DNA of 64,000 bases, from contig JAHISJ010000023.1 of the NCBI GenBank assembly GCA_018818205.1, forward strand, positions 95,103-159,102. Direction: 5' to 3'. Positions 54,769-64,000 of this stretch are shown here, one piece after another; the stretch's first letter is position 1, and every line of letters starts with the position of its first letter. Position numbers and translations under genes: made by a program. The notes under the pieces were generated by a model that was given only the letters and a program-made list of their open reading frames with translations, searched no databases and had not been told where the DNA came from. Source of the DNA: Patescibacteria group bacterium (GTDB taxonomy: Bacteria; Patescibacteriota; JABMPQ01; JAHIRA01).

Positions 54769-55851
54769 ATGAATGAGCAGAAAATAGTATTGGTGGGGGG
54801 TGGTACGGCTGGCTCTGTTATGCCGCTTATTGCGATATATCAAAAACTTCGTACACAAAAACAAAAGTATACCTTTTTATTTTTAGGAACTAAAAATGGT
54901 ATAGAAAAAGACATCGCTCTCTCAGAGGACATTCCCTTTACTGCAATTATAAGTGGAAAGTTTAGACGCTATTTTGATGTAAGAAACCTTATTGATCCAT
55001 TTAAAACGATTGCAGGAATTTTTCAGTCACTATATGTTTTGAGCAAATACAAACCGGAAGTTGTTCTTTCCGCAGGAAGTTTTGTCGCAACGCCGGTTAT
55101 TTGGGCTGCATGGCTTCTTGGAATTCCAGTTATTGTCCATCAACTCGACATAAAGAAGGGACTTTCTAATGCACTGACGGCACCGTGTGCAACTCACATT
55201 ACCGTTGTACTTGAAGAGCTAAAAAACTTTTTTCCTGAATTCAAAACGATTTGGACGGGGAATCCAGTGCGCGAATCGCTTTTGCATGGTGATCGTGAAA
55301 GAGCAATAAATCGCTTTGGGCTGAGACATGATCTTCCGATTTTACTTGTCCTCGGTGGGGGTACCGGGGCTTTGGAACTTAACAAAATTATCGCTGACTC
55401 AAGAAGAGAACTTACCAAATTTGTTCAAATTATTCACATAACAGGCAAGGATAAAAAAGTGGTAGAAAGCGAGGGGAATTATCACGCCTACTCGTTTTTA
55501 AAAGATGATTTAAAATATGCGTATGCAGCAAGTGATGTAGTCATTTCCCGTGCAGGCATGTCAACAATAAGTGAGCTTGCGGTGCTTAAAAAACCGCTTA
55601 TTTTGGTCCCACTTCCACATAGTCATCAATTGGATAATGCCTCTTTTTTTGAAAAAAGGAACGCGTGTCAGGTGCTAAAACAAGAGGAACTTTCCGTTTC
55701 TACTATCACTAAAGCGGTTAAAAAGTATCTAGTAGATACTGAGTATAAAAGAAAAGTAACTGATCATTTAGCTGGACTTTTTAGAAGCGATTCTTTAGAG
55801 TGTTATATCAAGCTTATTCAAAGGACGATTAAAGAGAACCATGAAGAATGA
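54769..55851 (+). CDS. murG: UDP-GlcNAc:lipid I GlcNAc transferase
   Basis: GGGTAGSVMP N-terminal G-loop, GT-B fold, C-terminal GGSLGA-like GGGTGA. Confidence 0.85.
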   Translation: MNEQKIVLVGGGTAGSVMPLIAIYQKLRTQKQKYTFLFLGTKNGIEKDIALSEDIPFTAIISGKFRRYFDVRNLIDPFKTIAGIFQSLYVLSKYKPEVVLSAGSFVATPVIWAAWLLGIPVIVHQLDIKKGLSNALTAPCATHITVVLEELKNFFPEFKTIWTGNPVRESLLHGDRERAINRFGLRHDLPILLVLGGGTGALELNKIIADSRRELTKFVQIIHITGKDKKVVESEGNYHAYSFLKDDLKYAYAASDVVISRAGMSTISELAVLKKPLILVPLPHSHQLDNASFFEKRNACQVLKQEELSVSTITKAVKKYLVDTEYKRKVTDHLAGLFRSDSLECYIKLIQRTIKENHEE

Positions 55852-57217
55852 TTGTGACGTTTTGTACTGCATAGGAATTGGAGGTAAAGGTGTTGCTTCT
55901 GTCGCAAGTCTCTTTTTGCAGATGGGAAAAAAGGTGGTTGGTTCAGATTTAGTCGAAACACGGTCAACAAAGCAACTTGCAAAAGAAGGTGCAACGATTA
56001 GTATCGGAAAGCAGAAAAAAGAGAATATTCCCAATAACGTTGATATAGCAGTGTATTCAAAATCAATTACTGATGATAACTCAGAGCTCATTGAACTTAA
56101 AAATAGAAACATTTCGTGTTATACGTATCCATCTTTTGTTGCGCTTCTTACAAAAAATAAAAAGGTCATCGGCATTTCTGGAACACATGGGAAGTCTACA
56201 ACCACTGCGCTCACTGGTATTATGCTTGAGCATGCAAAACTCGATCCAACCGTTGTTGTTGGGTCCTATGTCCCATTTTTTAAAAGTACCGCACGGTATG
56301 GTTTAAGTGACTATTTTGTTTTAGAAGCAGACGAGTATCGTTTGGCTTTTCATGAGTATTCAGCGCAAATTGCGGTAGTGACCTCAATCGACTTTGATCA
56401 TCCTGACTGTTTTCCAGACATTAATGCAGTAAAAAATGCATTTAAGGGATTCATAGACAAAATGCCTCAAGATGGTGTTATTGTTGCAAATGCTGACGAT
56501 GTTTTGATTAAAGAGGTCGTTTCTAGTAGCAATAGAGAAACAATCTGGTATGGTATTGAGTCAGATGATGCTCAAATCCGTGCAAAAAATATTCATTTTA
56601 GTGACAAAACTACTTTTGATTGTTATTTATCTGAAGGGGAAATAAAAGACATCACTCTTCATATCCCGGGAACTCACAATATATCAAATGCACTTGCTGC
56701 AATTGGAGTTGGCAAAGTTCTTAACGTGCCTGAGGCTCTTATTAAAGAGGGATTGTATTTGTATAAAGGTGCGTTCAGGCGATTTGAAGTAAGAGGTGAA
56801 GTAGGTGGCATAACGATCATTGACGATTATGCACATCATCCATTAGAGGTTCAAAAAACCATTGAGGCGGCTAGATTAAGATTTCCAGGAAGACGAGTAG
56901 TAGCAGTGTTTCAGCCGCACCATCAAGAGCGGACGCGCGCACTATTTTCTGAATTCAGTGAAGCATTAAGTGTCGCCGATTTTGCAGTCATTACAGACGT
57001 GTATCGTGTTCCGGGAAGAACAAGTGAGGAGGAGATTCCAATGAAGAAAATGGCGTTTAGTGTTCGTGAAAAAGGTGTTGATTCTCTGTACGTAGCTAAT
57101 TACAATGAACTACCTGCCTTGCTTCCTTCAAAGCTTAGTGAAGGTGATGTCGTTTTAATAATGGGGGCGGGGAATATTAATACCATAATTCCTGCGTTAG
57201 TCAAAAAAATCTCATGA
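55841..57217 (+). CDS. murC: UDP-N-acetylmuramate--L-alanine ligase
   Basis: IGIGGKGVASVA, GISGTHGKSTTT P-loop, DDYAHHP. Confidence 0.85.
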   Translation: MKNDCDVLYCIGIGGKGVASVASLFLQMGKKVVGSDLVETRSTKQLAKEGATISIGKQKKENIPNNVDIAVYSKSITDDNSELIELKNRNISCYTYPSFVALLTKNKKVIGISGTHGKSTTTALTGIMLEHAKLDPTVVVGSYVPFFKSTARYGLSDYFVLEADEYRLAFHEYSAQIAVVTSIDFDHPDCFPDINAVKNAFKGFIDKMPQDGVIVANADDVLIKEVVSSSNRETIWYGIESDDAQIRAKNIHFSDKTTFDCYLSEGEIKDITLHIPGTHNISNALAAIGVGKVLNVPEALIKEGLYLYKGAFRRFEVRGEVGGITIIDDYAHHPLEVQKTIEAARLRFPGRRVVAVFQPHHQERTRALFSEFSEALSVADFAVITDVYRVPGRTSEEEIPMKKMAFSVREKGVDSLYVANYNELPALLPSKLSEGDVVLIMGAGNINTIIPALVKKIS

Positions 57218-58119
57218 ATGATTCTGATCTAAAAAAGAAGTTTCCCGCTATTAAACACGATGTAAGCTTGCAAGAACAAACAAGCATGCATCTTGGTGGT
57301 TTGGCAAAGTGGTTTATTGACGTATCGGAAAAAGAGAGCATGGAAGGGATTCTACAGTACGTACTTGAGCACTCTATTCCTTTTTTTATCTTAGGTGAGG
57401 GGTATAATACAGTTTTTTCTGACAAAGGATTTGAGGGACTAATAATACATCCAACTTTTTCTGACATTGCGCTTATTAAGGATGACCACATTTATGCTGA
57501 AGCCGGAGCTAGCCTCACTGATATTATTCAATTTGGATTGAGCCATGGACTTTTAGGGATGGAAAAACTCTGCGGAATCCCCAGTAGTCTTGGTGGAGCA
57601 ATCTTTGGAAATGCAGGAGCGTATGGCGTAGATATTCGTTCATTACTTGTGTCTGTAGAGGTTCTTTATGTTGATCATGATAAAGAAAGTGTTCAAAAGG
57701 AAACAATGCCAATCGATGAGTTAGATTTTGGTTATCGCTCTTCCAAGATGAAAAAACAGAGAAACTACGTCATCCTTGCAGCCGAGTTGCATCTTCGTCA
57801 AGGAGATACAGATGCTGCACGTCAGACGGTGAAGGATATTTTAACAAAACGTGCGCTAAAGCATCCGCTTGATAAACCAAGTGCAGGATGTGTCTTTAAA
57901 AATCCAAAGGGCGAGAGTGCGGGCATGCTTATTGAAAAGGCAGGGCTAAAAGGTCTAAAAATCGGCGGTGTGCAGGTATCAGAAAAACATGCAAACTTTA
58001 TTGTAAACGTGGGGGATGGTACTTTTGAAGACTATATTACACTAGTTGATCAAATCAAAAAAACAGTGAAAGAAAAATTTGGAGTTAATCTTGAAGAAGA
58101 AAATATCATTGTATCGTAG
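57214..58119 (+). CDS. murB: UDP-N-acetylenolpyruvoylglucosamine reductase
   Basis: FAD-binding domain (HLGG...FILGEGYN) and the C-terminal MurB domain (SAGCVFKNP). Confidence 0.85.
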   Translation: MNDSDLKKKFPAIKHDVSLQEQTSMHLGGLAKWFIDVSEKESMEGILQYVLEHSIPFFILGEGYNTVFSDKGFEGLIIHPTFSDIALIKDDHIYAEAGASLTDIIQFGLSHGLLGMEKLCGIPSSLGGAIFGNAGAYGVDIRSLLVSVEVLYVDHDKESVQKETMPIDELDFGYRSSKMKKQRNYVILAAELHLRQGDTDAARQTVKDILTKRALKHPLDKPSAGCVFKNPKGESAGMLIEKAGLKGLKIGGVQVSEKHANFIVNVGDGTFEDYITLVDQIKKTVKEKFGVNLEEENIIVS

Positions 58120-58186
58120 TTACTGTTCTTGCATTCCATGCAGTATTTACGTATAGTTAAAGCATCTAAAAAATATATACACACCT

Positions 58187-58498
58187 ATGGAAATAACATT
58201 TTACTCAAAGACAAACACCTTATCTGATGAAATTAAAGATTATGCATCAAATAAGATACACCATCTTGAAAAATACTTACATCATGCTATGATGGGTGCG
58301 CGCATTGAGCTTGAAGAAAAAACGGCAGAGCATTCAGGTGAAAAGTATAGAGCTGAGGCGACAATAGATCTAGCAAAAGGGCTTTTGAGGGCGGAGGCAA
58401 ACGGAAGAACGTTTCAGGAAGCAATTGATCTCATTATTCCTAAGCTCAAAAGTCAAATTGAGCGTTACAAGACAAAGAAGCGAGGAATTAGAGAATAA
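58187..58498 (+). CDS. hpf: ribosome hibernation-promoting factor / RaiA (short form)
   Basis: MEITFYSKTNTLSDEIKDYASNKIHHLEKY is the typical YfiA/HPF N-terminus; 103 aa. Confidence 0.7.
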   Translation: MEITFYSKTNTLSDEIKDYASNKIHHLEKYLHHAMMGARIELEEKTAEHSGEKYRAEATIDLAKGLLRAEANGRTFQEAIDLIIPKLKSQIERYKTKKRGIRE

Positions 58499-58509
58499 GA
58501 AAACAACGC

Positions 58510-61149
58510 ATGTCATTTTTTCATAAGATTTTTGGTGATCCAAATAAAAAAACGCTTGGTAAGCTTACGGAAGCGGTAGGTGAAATTAACGCGCTTGAAC
58601 CTCAGGTACAAAACCTATCTGATGATGAAATAAAGCAAAAAATCCGTGCGATTCGGGACAGTATTTGTGGTGGCAAATCAACAGATGCACATTTAGTTGA
58701 AGTGTTTGCATTAGTTCGAGAGTCATCAAAGCGTGTTCTTAATATGCGTCATTTTGATGTACAGCTTATTGGTGGCATTGTCTTACATCAAGGGAAAATA
58801 GCTGAAATGAAGACCGGAGAAGGTAAAACACTTGTTGCAACCTTGCCGGTAGTACTTAACGCTCTTGAGGGAAAAGGAGTACATGTAGTTACTGTGAACG
58901 AATATCTAGCCAAGCGTGATGCTGAGTGGATGGGCAAGCTGTACGATTTTCTAGGACTTAGTGTTGGGGTGACGTTGCACGGACAAAGTCCAGAGGAGAA
59001 AAAGCAGGCATATGATACAGACGTGACGTACGGAACAAACAATGAGTTTGGCTTTGACTACCTGCGAGACAATATGGTGCAAGACAATGAGGAAAAGGTC
59101 CAAAAAGAATTACACTTTGCCATTGTTGATGAGGTTGACTCGATTCTTATTGATGAAGCAAGAACGCCACTTATTATCTCAGCGCCAGCTAGTGAGTCTA
59201 CAGATGATTATGCTAGGTTTTCTCAGCTCGTTTCACGTCTTAAAGAAGGGGAGGATTACAACTTGGACGAGAAAATGAAGGCAGCGACGTTAAGCGAAGA
59301 AGGTGTCGCTAAGATGGAGCAAATGCTCGGTCTTTCCAATATATATGAAGAAAAGGGCATAAGAACAGTACATCATATTGAGCAAGCACTGAGAGCGTTA
59401 ACTCTTTTTAAGCTAGATAGAGACTATGTTGTTAAAGAAGGTGAAGTTATCATTGTCGATGAGTTTACTGGACGATTGATGCCGGGAAGACGTTATTCAG
59501 AAGGTCTGCACCAGGCTATTGAGGCTAAAGAAGGGGTTTCTGTTCAACGCGAGTCTATGACGCTTGCCACGGTTACCTTTCAAAATTACTTTAGAATGTT
59601 TAAAAAACTTTCAGGAATGACCGGTACGGCCGCTACTGAGGCAGAGGAGTTTAATAAAATTTATGCACTTGATGTCGTCGTTGTTCCAACTAATAAGCCA
59701 ATACAGCGTGATGACCAAAATGATCTCATATACCAAAGTGAACTGGGAAAATATAATGCGATTGTAGAAAGAGTGCGAGAATTGAAAAAAAAGGGACAGC
59801 CGGTATTGATCGGAACGGTATCAATAGAAAAAAATGAAAAACTATCTGGTCTACTAACAGAGGCTGGAATTGAACACAATGTCTTAAACGCAAAAAAGCA
59901 TGAAAGAGAAGCCGAAATAATTGCACAAGCCGGAAAGATAGGAGGAGTGACAGTTGCAACAAACATGGCTGGACGTGGTGTTGACATTGTGCTTGGTGGT
60001 AACCCAACTGATTCTACGGAAGCAGAGACGGTTAAACAAAATGGTGGTCTTTTTGTTCTTGGTACTGAGCGTCACGAAGCACGCCGAATCGACAACCAGC
60101 TTCGTGGTAGATCCGGTCGTCAGGGTGATCCTGGTGCTTCTCAATTTTATGTATCTACCGATGATGATCTCATGCGCCTTTTTGGCTCAGAGCGTATGAA
60201 ATCGATGATGGGGACGCTCAATATCCCTGAAGATATGCCTATAGAGCACAAGCTTATCTCAAGATCGATTGAGTCGGCTCAAAAAAAGGTGGAAGGTCAT
60301 AATTTTGATATTAGAAAGCATCTTGTTGAGTATGACGATGTTATGAATAAACATCGTGAAGTAATCTATTCAAGACGGGATGCAGTTTTACGTTCTTGGG
60401 AATGGGAAAAAGCGATTATTGAAGCGGGTGGCAACGTTTCTGATGAGCAAAAACGAACTAAACCCAAAGATACGCTCCGCGAGTTAGTCCTTGGTATGGT
60501 GGACGGAGAAATTGAAAATATTATTGTAGAGCACTCATCAAAAGAAGATGGGAAGGAGTGGGATTTTGAAGAAATTAGTGAAGTCATGGCAACAATTTGT
60601 CCTGTTCCATCTGATCTACATATTTCCCTTCTAAATATCTACAAGGGAAAAGACAAAAATGGAAATGGTGTAAAGACGCGTACTCGGTGTATAGAGTATT
60701 TAAGTGCAATTGCGCATGAACAATACAAAGCAAAGGAAGATACTATTGGCACCGAGATAATGCGACATATCGAAAAAACGGTCATGCTACAGACAATAGA
60801 TAAGTTGTGGGTAGATCATTTAGAAGATATGGTTGCGCTAAGAGAGGGAATTGGTCTCAGAGGCTACGGGCAACGTGATCCGTTGGTTGAGTATAAAAAG
60901 GAGAGCTTCAAAGCGTTCCAACAGTTACTGACGAGTCTTCAACATCGTATCGTACATACCATATACAAGGTTGGTGTTGTCAAGAAGGATGACACACCCA
61001 TGAAAAAAGAGAACATGCAGTTTTCTGGTGCAAAGAAGGGTGAAACAAGTCAGGAACCAATAAAAAAGGGTGACAAGGTAGGGAGAAATGACCCATGCCC
61101 CTGTGGCAGTGGTAAGAAATATAAAAAGTGTTGCGGTAAGTCGGAGTAA
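58510..61149 (+). CDS. secA: preprotein translocase ATPase SecA
   Basis: DEAD-like motor motifs (MKTGEGKT, DEVDSILIDEARTPLIIS) and the C-terminal Zn-binding CPCGSGKKYKKCCG. Confidence 0.95.
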   Translation: MSFFHKIFGDPNKKTLGKLTEAVGEINALEPQVQNLSDDEIKQKIRAIRDSICGGKSTDAHLVEVFALVRESSKRVLNMRHFDVQLIGGIVLHQGKIAEMKTGEGKTLVATLPVVLNALEGKGVHVVTVNEYLAKRDAEWMGKLYDFLGLSVGVTLHGQSPEEKKQAYDTDVTYGTNNEFGFDYLRDNMVQDNEEKVQKELHFAIVDEVDSILIDEARTPLIISAPASESTDDYARFSQLVSRLKEGEDYNLDEKMKAATLSEEGVAKMEQMLGLSNIYEEKGIRTVHHIEQALRALTLFKLDRDYVVKEGEVIIVDEFTGRLMPGRRYSEGLHQAIEAKEGVSVQRESMTLATVTFQNYFRMFKKLSGMTGTAATEAEEFNKIYALDVVVVPTNKPIQRDDQNDLIYQSELGKYNAIVERVRELKKKGQPVLIGTVSIEKNEKLSGLLTEAGIEHNVLNAKKHEREAEIIAQAGKIGGVTVATNMAGRGVDIVLGGNPTDSTEAETVKQNGGLFVLGTERHEARRIDNQLRGRSGRQGDPGASQFYVSTDDDLMRLFGSERMKSMMGTLNIPEDMPIEHKLISRSIESAQKKVEGHNFDIRKHLVEYDDVMNKHREVIYSRRDAVLRSWEWEKAIIEAGGNVSDEQKRTKPKDTLRELVLGMVDGEIENIIVEHSSKEDGKEWDFEEISEVMATICPVPSDLHISLLNIYKGKDKNGNGVKTRTRCIEYLSAIAHEQYKAKEDTIGTEIMRHIEKTVMLQTIDKLWVDHLEDMVALREGIGLRGYGQRDPLVEYKKESFKAFQQLLTSLQHRIVHTIYKVGVVKKDDTPMKKENMQFSGAKKGETSQEPIKKGDKVGRNDPCPCGSGKKYKKCCGKSE

Positions 61150-61155
61150 AGACGC

Positions 61156-61184
61156 TTGACGCAACACAAAAAATACGTTATTCT
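61156..61184 (+). promoter_or_regulatory. sigma70-like promoter, TTGACG-N17-TATTCT, for the LD-transpeptidase gene
   Basis: TTGACG 61156-61161 and TATTCT 61179-61184, with an AAAGGA RBS before the ATG at 61208. Confidence 0.45.
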
Positions 61185-61207
61185 ACAAAAAAAGGAACCA
61201 TACATTT

Positions 61208-62629
61208 ATGAAGAATATATTTCTCAAAAGTATTTTAGTGTTTTCGTTTCTTGGAGTTTTTTTGTATGCAGGTAATGCGCAAGCTGTCGATTACATGGCT
61301 CCAGAAGCTAAGATCTATAATGCACGTAATAAGCATTTAGATAAGACGTTTTATCCTTTTGATAGAACGTTTAAAGGTGGTGGAAAAATTGCCGTAGGCG
61401 ACACTAACGGAAACAAGAAGGATGAGATTCTTGTTGGTGCCGGACATGGCGGCGGTCCACAAGTACGAACCTTTGATAGCAATGGATCTTTCACTGGTTT
61501 TAGCTTCTTTCCATTCCATCCAAATTTTAGAGGAGGTGTTGATGTGGCAATGGGTGATACCGACGGTGACAAAGTAGATGAGATGATTGTTAGTCAGTTT
61601 ACTGACGGACAGGCATGGGTAAAAGTGTATGAGTTTGATAAGAATAAAACAGTAAAAGCAGAGTTTGTTGCATACGACCGGAATTTTAAGGGAGGTGCAC
61701 ATGTGGCGGCGTGTGATATAAACGGAAATGGAAAAGCAGAAATTATCACCGGTTCGGGAATGGGTTCAACGTCACATGTCCGTGCGTTTGATGGCAGTGG
61801 TAAGTATGTTGGTTTTGATATCTTTCCTTTTGAAAAGAGTTTTAAAGGTGGAGTTGACGTAGCGTGTGCTAATGTAGATAAGGGGAAAGAAAGTGAAGTG
61901 GTGGTGTCAAGATCAACCTTTGGGCAAGCACAAGTTAAAGTGTATAAAACAGATAAAAGCAAAAGAGTTGTTGGTGACTTTATTGCTTTTGATCACGGTC
62001 ATAAAGAAGGGGCAAACATTACCGGTGGTGATTTAGATGAGGATGGTGAAGATGAAATTATTGTTGGAACAAATGGAAACGGTCCACAAGTAGGTGTTTT
62101 TGAAGCGCATGGAAAGAAAATAGGATATCAGCTTTCTCCTTATAAGGATGACTTTAGAGGCGGTGTTAATGTTGCATATGGCAATGTAGATAAATCGAGC
62201 AACGGTGAAGTCATTACTATGCCGGGAAGGAGAATTTGGGAAGGAAGAAAAGGTGTCTATAAATATATTGAGATAGATATTTCAAAGCAACGTCTCTATG
62301 CGTATAAAGGCGGTAGAAAAGTCAGGGAAATACCTATTTCCAGTGGAATTGCACGGTATTCAACACCTATCGGTGATTTTGCAGTACGATCAAAACTGAG
62401 ATCAACAAGAATGAAGCACGAGTACGGACCAAATCATCCAGATAACTACGACATACCAAATGTGCCACATACTATGTATTTTACTGGACCATATGCACTG
62501 CATGGGGCATTTTGGCATAACAACTTTGGACATCCTATGAGTCATGGCTGTGTGAACCTTCCTTTGCATGAAGCTGCGTGGCTCTTTAATTGGGCAGACG
62601 TTGGAGATAAAGTTTTTGTAAGACAGTAA
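61208..62629 (+). CDS. secreted FG-GAP/VCBS-repeat protein fused to a C-terminal L,D-transpeptidase (YkuD) domain
   Basis: Signal peptide. Six or more GDTNGNKKDEILVGAG.GGGPQVRTFD-type repeats. C-terminal YkuD with the HGCVNL catalytic Cys motif. Confidence 0.7.
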   Translation: MKNIFLKSILVFSFLGVFLYAGNAQAVDYMAPEAKIYNARNKHLDKTFYPFDRTFKGGGKIAVGDTNGNKKDEILVGAGHGGGPQVRTFDSNGSFTGFSFFPFHPNFRGGVDVAMGDTDGDKVDEMIVSQFTDGQAWVKVYEFDKNKTVKAEFVAYDRNFKGGAHVAACDINGNGKAEIITGSGMGSTSHVRAFDGSGKYVGFDIFPFEKSFKGGVDVACANVDKGKESEVVVSRSTFGQAQVKVYKTDKSKRVVGDFIAFDHGHKEGANITGGDLDEDGEDEIIVGTNGNGPQVGVFEAHGKKIGYQLSPYKDDFRGGVNVAYGNVDKSSNGEVITMPGRRIWEGRKGVYKYIEIDISKQRLYAYKGGRKVREIPISSGIARYSTPIGDFAVRSKLRSTRMKHEYGPNHPDNYDIPNVPHTMYFTGPYALHGAFWHNNFGHPMSHGCVNLPLHEAAWLFNWADVGDKVFVRQ

Positions 62630-62637
62630 AGTAGAAA

Positions 62638-64000
62638 ATGACAATACGAAAAAAGATTTGGCTGACATTTTTTGCGCTTGTTGTATTGGTGGTTGTCGTA
62701 GGATACGTTGACTACCCCAAAAGCCCCGATATTAATATCAAATGGGGCGATTTTGAGTTGCAAAAAGAACTTAAAGTACGTTTAGGACTTGATCTCCAGG
62801 GAGGCGCGCATTTAGTATATGAGGCAGACCTTGAAAATATTCCTCCAGAAGAATACGACAGTGCAATGGCAGGAGTACGTGATGTTATTGAAAGACGGGT
62901 AAACTCCTTAGGGTTAAGTGAACCCATTGTACAAACTAATAAGGTAAGTGGTCATTACAGAGTTATTGTTGAGCTTGCCGGTGTTACCGACGTCAATGAA
63001 GCGATTAATCTTATTGGACAAACCCCCTCGCTTGATTTTAGAGAAATAGATGATGCCGCAGCTGAAGCAGGTATGATGCCAGTAGGCGATGTTCCTGCAG
63101 AACAAACGGGAGAAGAGTCGGAAAAGCCAAATGAAGAGGTTTCTGGAGAGGTCCCAAATGAGACATCAGTGGAAGGCACAGAAGATAAAAAGAAGCTTGT
63201 CCTTGCCGCTGCAACTGAAGAGCCTACACCAGAATTAATCTCAGAGGAACCTGCAAATACTGAGTCTCCAGAGGGTGAAAGTACAGAGTTAAACCTTGAT
63301 GACATTGATCTTGAAGCACTAAAGAGTCAACTTCCAGAAGGCCAGGAGCTTGACATTGAGGCGTTAAAGCAACAGCTCGAGATGCAGAACTCTCAGGCTC
63401 AGGCGTATGACGATTCATTTAAACTAACAGCGCTTTCCGGACAGCATCTAAAAAAAGCAGAGCTACAGTTTGATCCACAAACCAATCAACCCGTCGTTGC
63501 GTTGACATTCAATAATGATGGTAAGAAGCTTTTTGCCGAAGTTACTGATAGAAATGTTGGGAAGCCGGTTGGCATTTTTCTTGATGGACAAGTTATTAGC
63601 GCGCCTCGTGTTAATGAAAAAATTAGTGATGGAGTCGCTATTATTTCCGGAAGCTTTACTGTAGAGGAAGCAAAGCTTTTAGCTCAGAGATTAAATGCCG
63701 GTGCTCTTCCGGTACCTATTTCACTTGTTTCTCAAACAACTATTGGGCCAACACTTGGTAAAATTTCTATTGAACGAAGTTTTATTGCAGGTGTTATCGG
63801 ACTAGTATTGGTTGCATTCTTTATGATCGTATATTACAGACTTCCCGGTGTTTTAGCAGTTATTTCTCTTGCTATATATACAATGATTGTTCTTGCGCTC
63901 TTTAAGCTCATTCCAATTACACTTACGCTTGCAGGCATTGCAGGATTTATACTCTCCATTGGTATGGCAGTTGATGCAAATGTACTCATTTTTGAGAGAA
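62638..64000 (+). CDS. secD: protein-export membrane protein SecD (3' end outside window), with an acidic low-complexity insertion
   Basis: N-terminal TM helix, LGLDLQGGAHLVYEAD, ISAPRVNEKI..G, and the start of the TM bundle. The frame is still open at base 64000. Confidence 0.8.
   Translation, partial: MTIRKKIWLTFFALVVLVVVVGYVDYPKSPDINIKWGDFELQKELKVRLGLDLQGGAHLVYEADLENIPPEEYDSAMAGVRDVIERRVNSLGLSEPIVQTNKVSGHYRVIVELAGVTDVNEAINLIGQTPSLDFREIDDAAAEAGMMPVGDVPAEQTGEESEKPNEEVSGEVPNETSVEGTEDKKKLVLAAATEEPTPELISEEPANTESPEGESTELNLDDIDLEALKSQLPEGQELDIEALKQQLEMQNSQAQAYDDSFKLTALSGQHLKKAELQFDPQTNQPVVALTFNNDGKKLFAEVTDRNVGKPVGIFLDGQVISAPRVNEKISDGVAIISGSFTVEEAKLLAQRLNAGALPVPISLVSQTTIGPTLGKISIERSFIAGVIGLVLVAFFMIVYYRLPGVLAVISLAIYTMIVLALFKLIPITLTLAGIAGFILSIGMAVDANVLIFER

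Noticed and set aside
1-64000. CRISPR arrays, rRNA, tmRNA/RNase P-like structured RNAs, transposases, toxin-antitoxin pairs
   Set aside because: No regularly spaced short direct repeats and no rRNA-like conserved blocks. No DDE/serine/tyrosine recombinase motifs appeared in any long ORF. The only repeats found are the gene-flank duplications reported above.

Overview
This is a 64 kb, low-GC (~35-38%), gene-dense stretch of bacterial chromosome, and the genes run mostly on the + strand. The gene content reads like a small-genome, Patescibacteria/CPR-like organism; that placement is my inference, not something I could test. The housekeeping backbone is serS (5' truncated), lepA, rarA, hpf, secA, secD (3' truncated) and an ABC-2/GldG-like transporter. 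Two cell-envelope clusters sit on that backbone. The first (1.6-11.8 kb) holds a MurF-like ligase with an N-terminal membrane domain, a DegT aminotransferase, a FemAB homologue, FtsQ, a GT4 glycosyltransferase, a large DUF4012-like exoprotein and MurJ. The second (46.9-58.1 kb) is dcw-like: dacA-mraY-murI-D-aminoacylase-pgeF-murD-ftsW-murG-murC-murB. A second murJ paralog lies at 32.6 kb.

Between 17.9 and 30.6 kb is an accessory-looking stretch next to a tRNA-Thr(CGU) on the minus strand at 26368-26443. It contains hypothetical genes, a GC-rich (~48%) lipoprotein gene, a 33-aa helical-repeat (PPR/TPR-like) protein, a GH114 polygalactosaminidase-like lipoprotein, and two tandem paralogous secreted proteins, each duplicated together with its own terminator and promoter. 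It also holds a bacterial eRF1-like (baeRF1) gene immediately followed by a COG1926-type phosphoribosyltransferase.

At 37.3-41.6 kb, two diverged WD40/beta-propeller paralogs on the minus strand share near-identical promoter/5'UTR and 3'-end/terminator DNA but have divergent interiors. They flank a Cys-rich protein with four HxxxCxxC (zf-HC2) motifs.

I saw no CRISPR array, rRNA, transposase or integrase. The most system-like candidates are the baeRF1-PRTase pair and the WD40 cassette locus.
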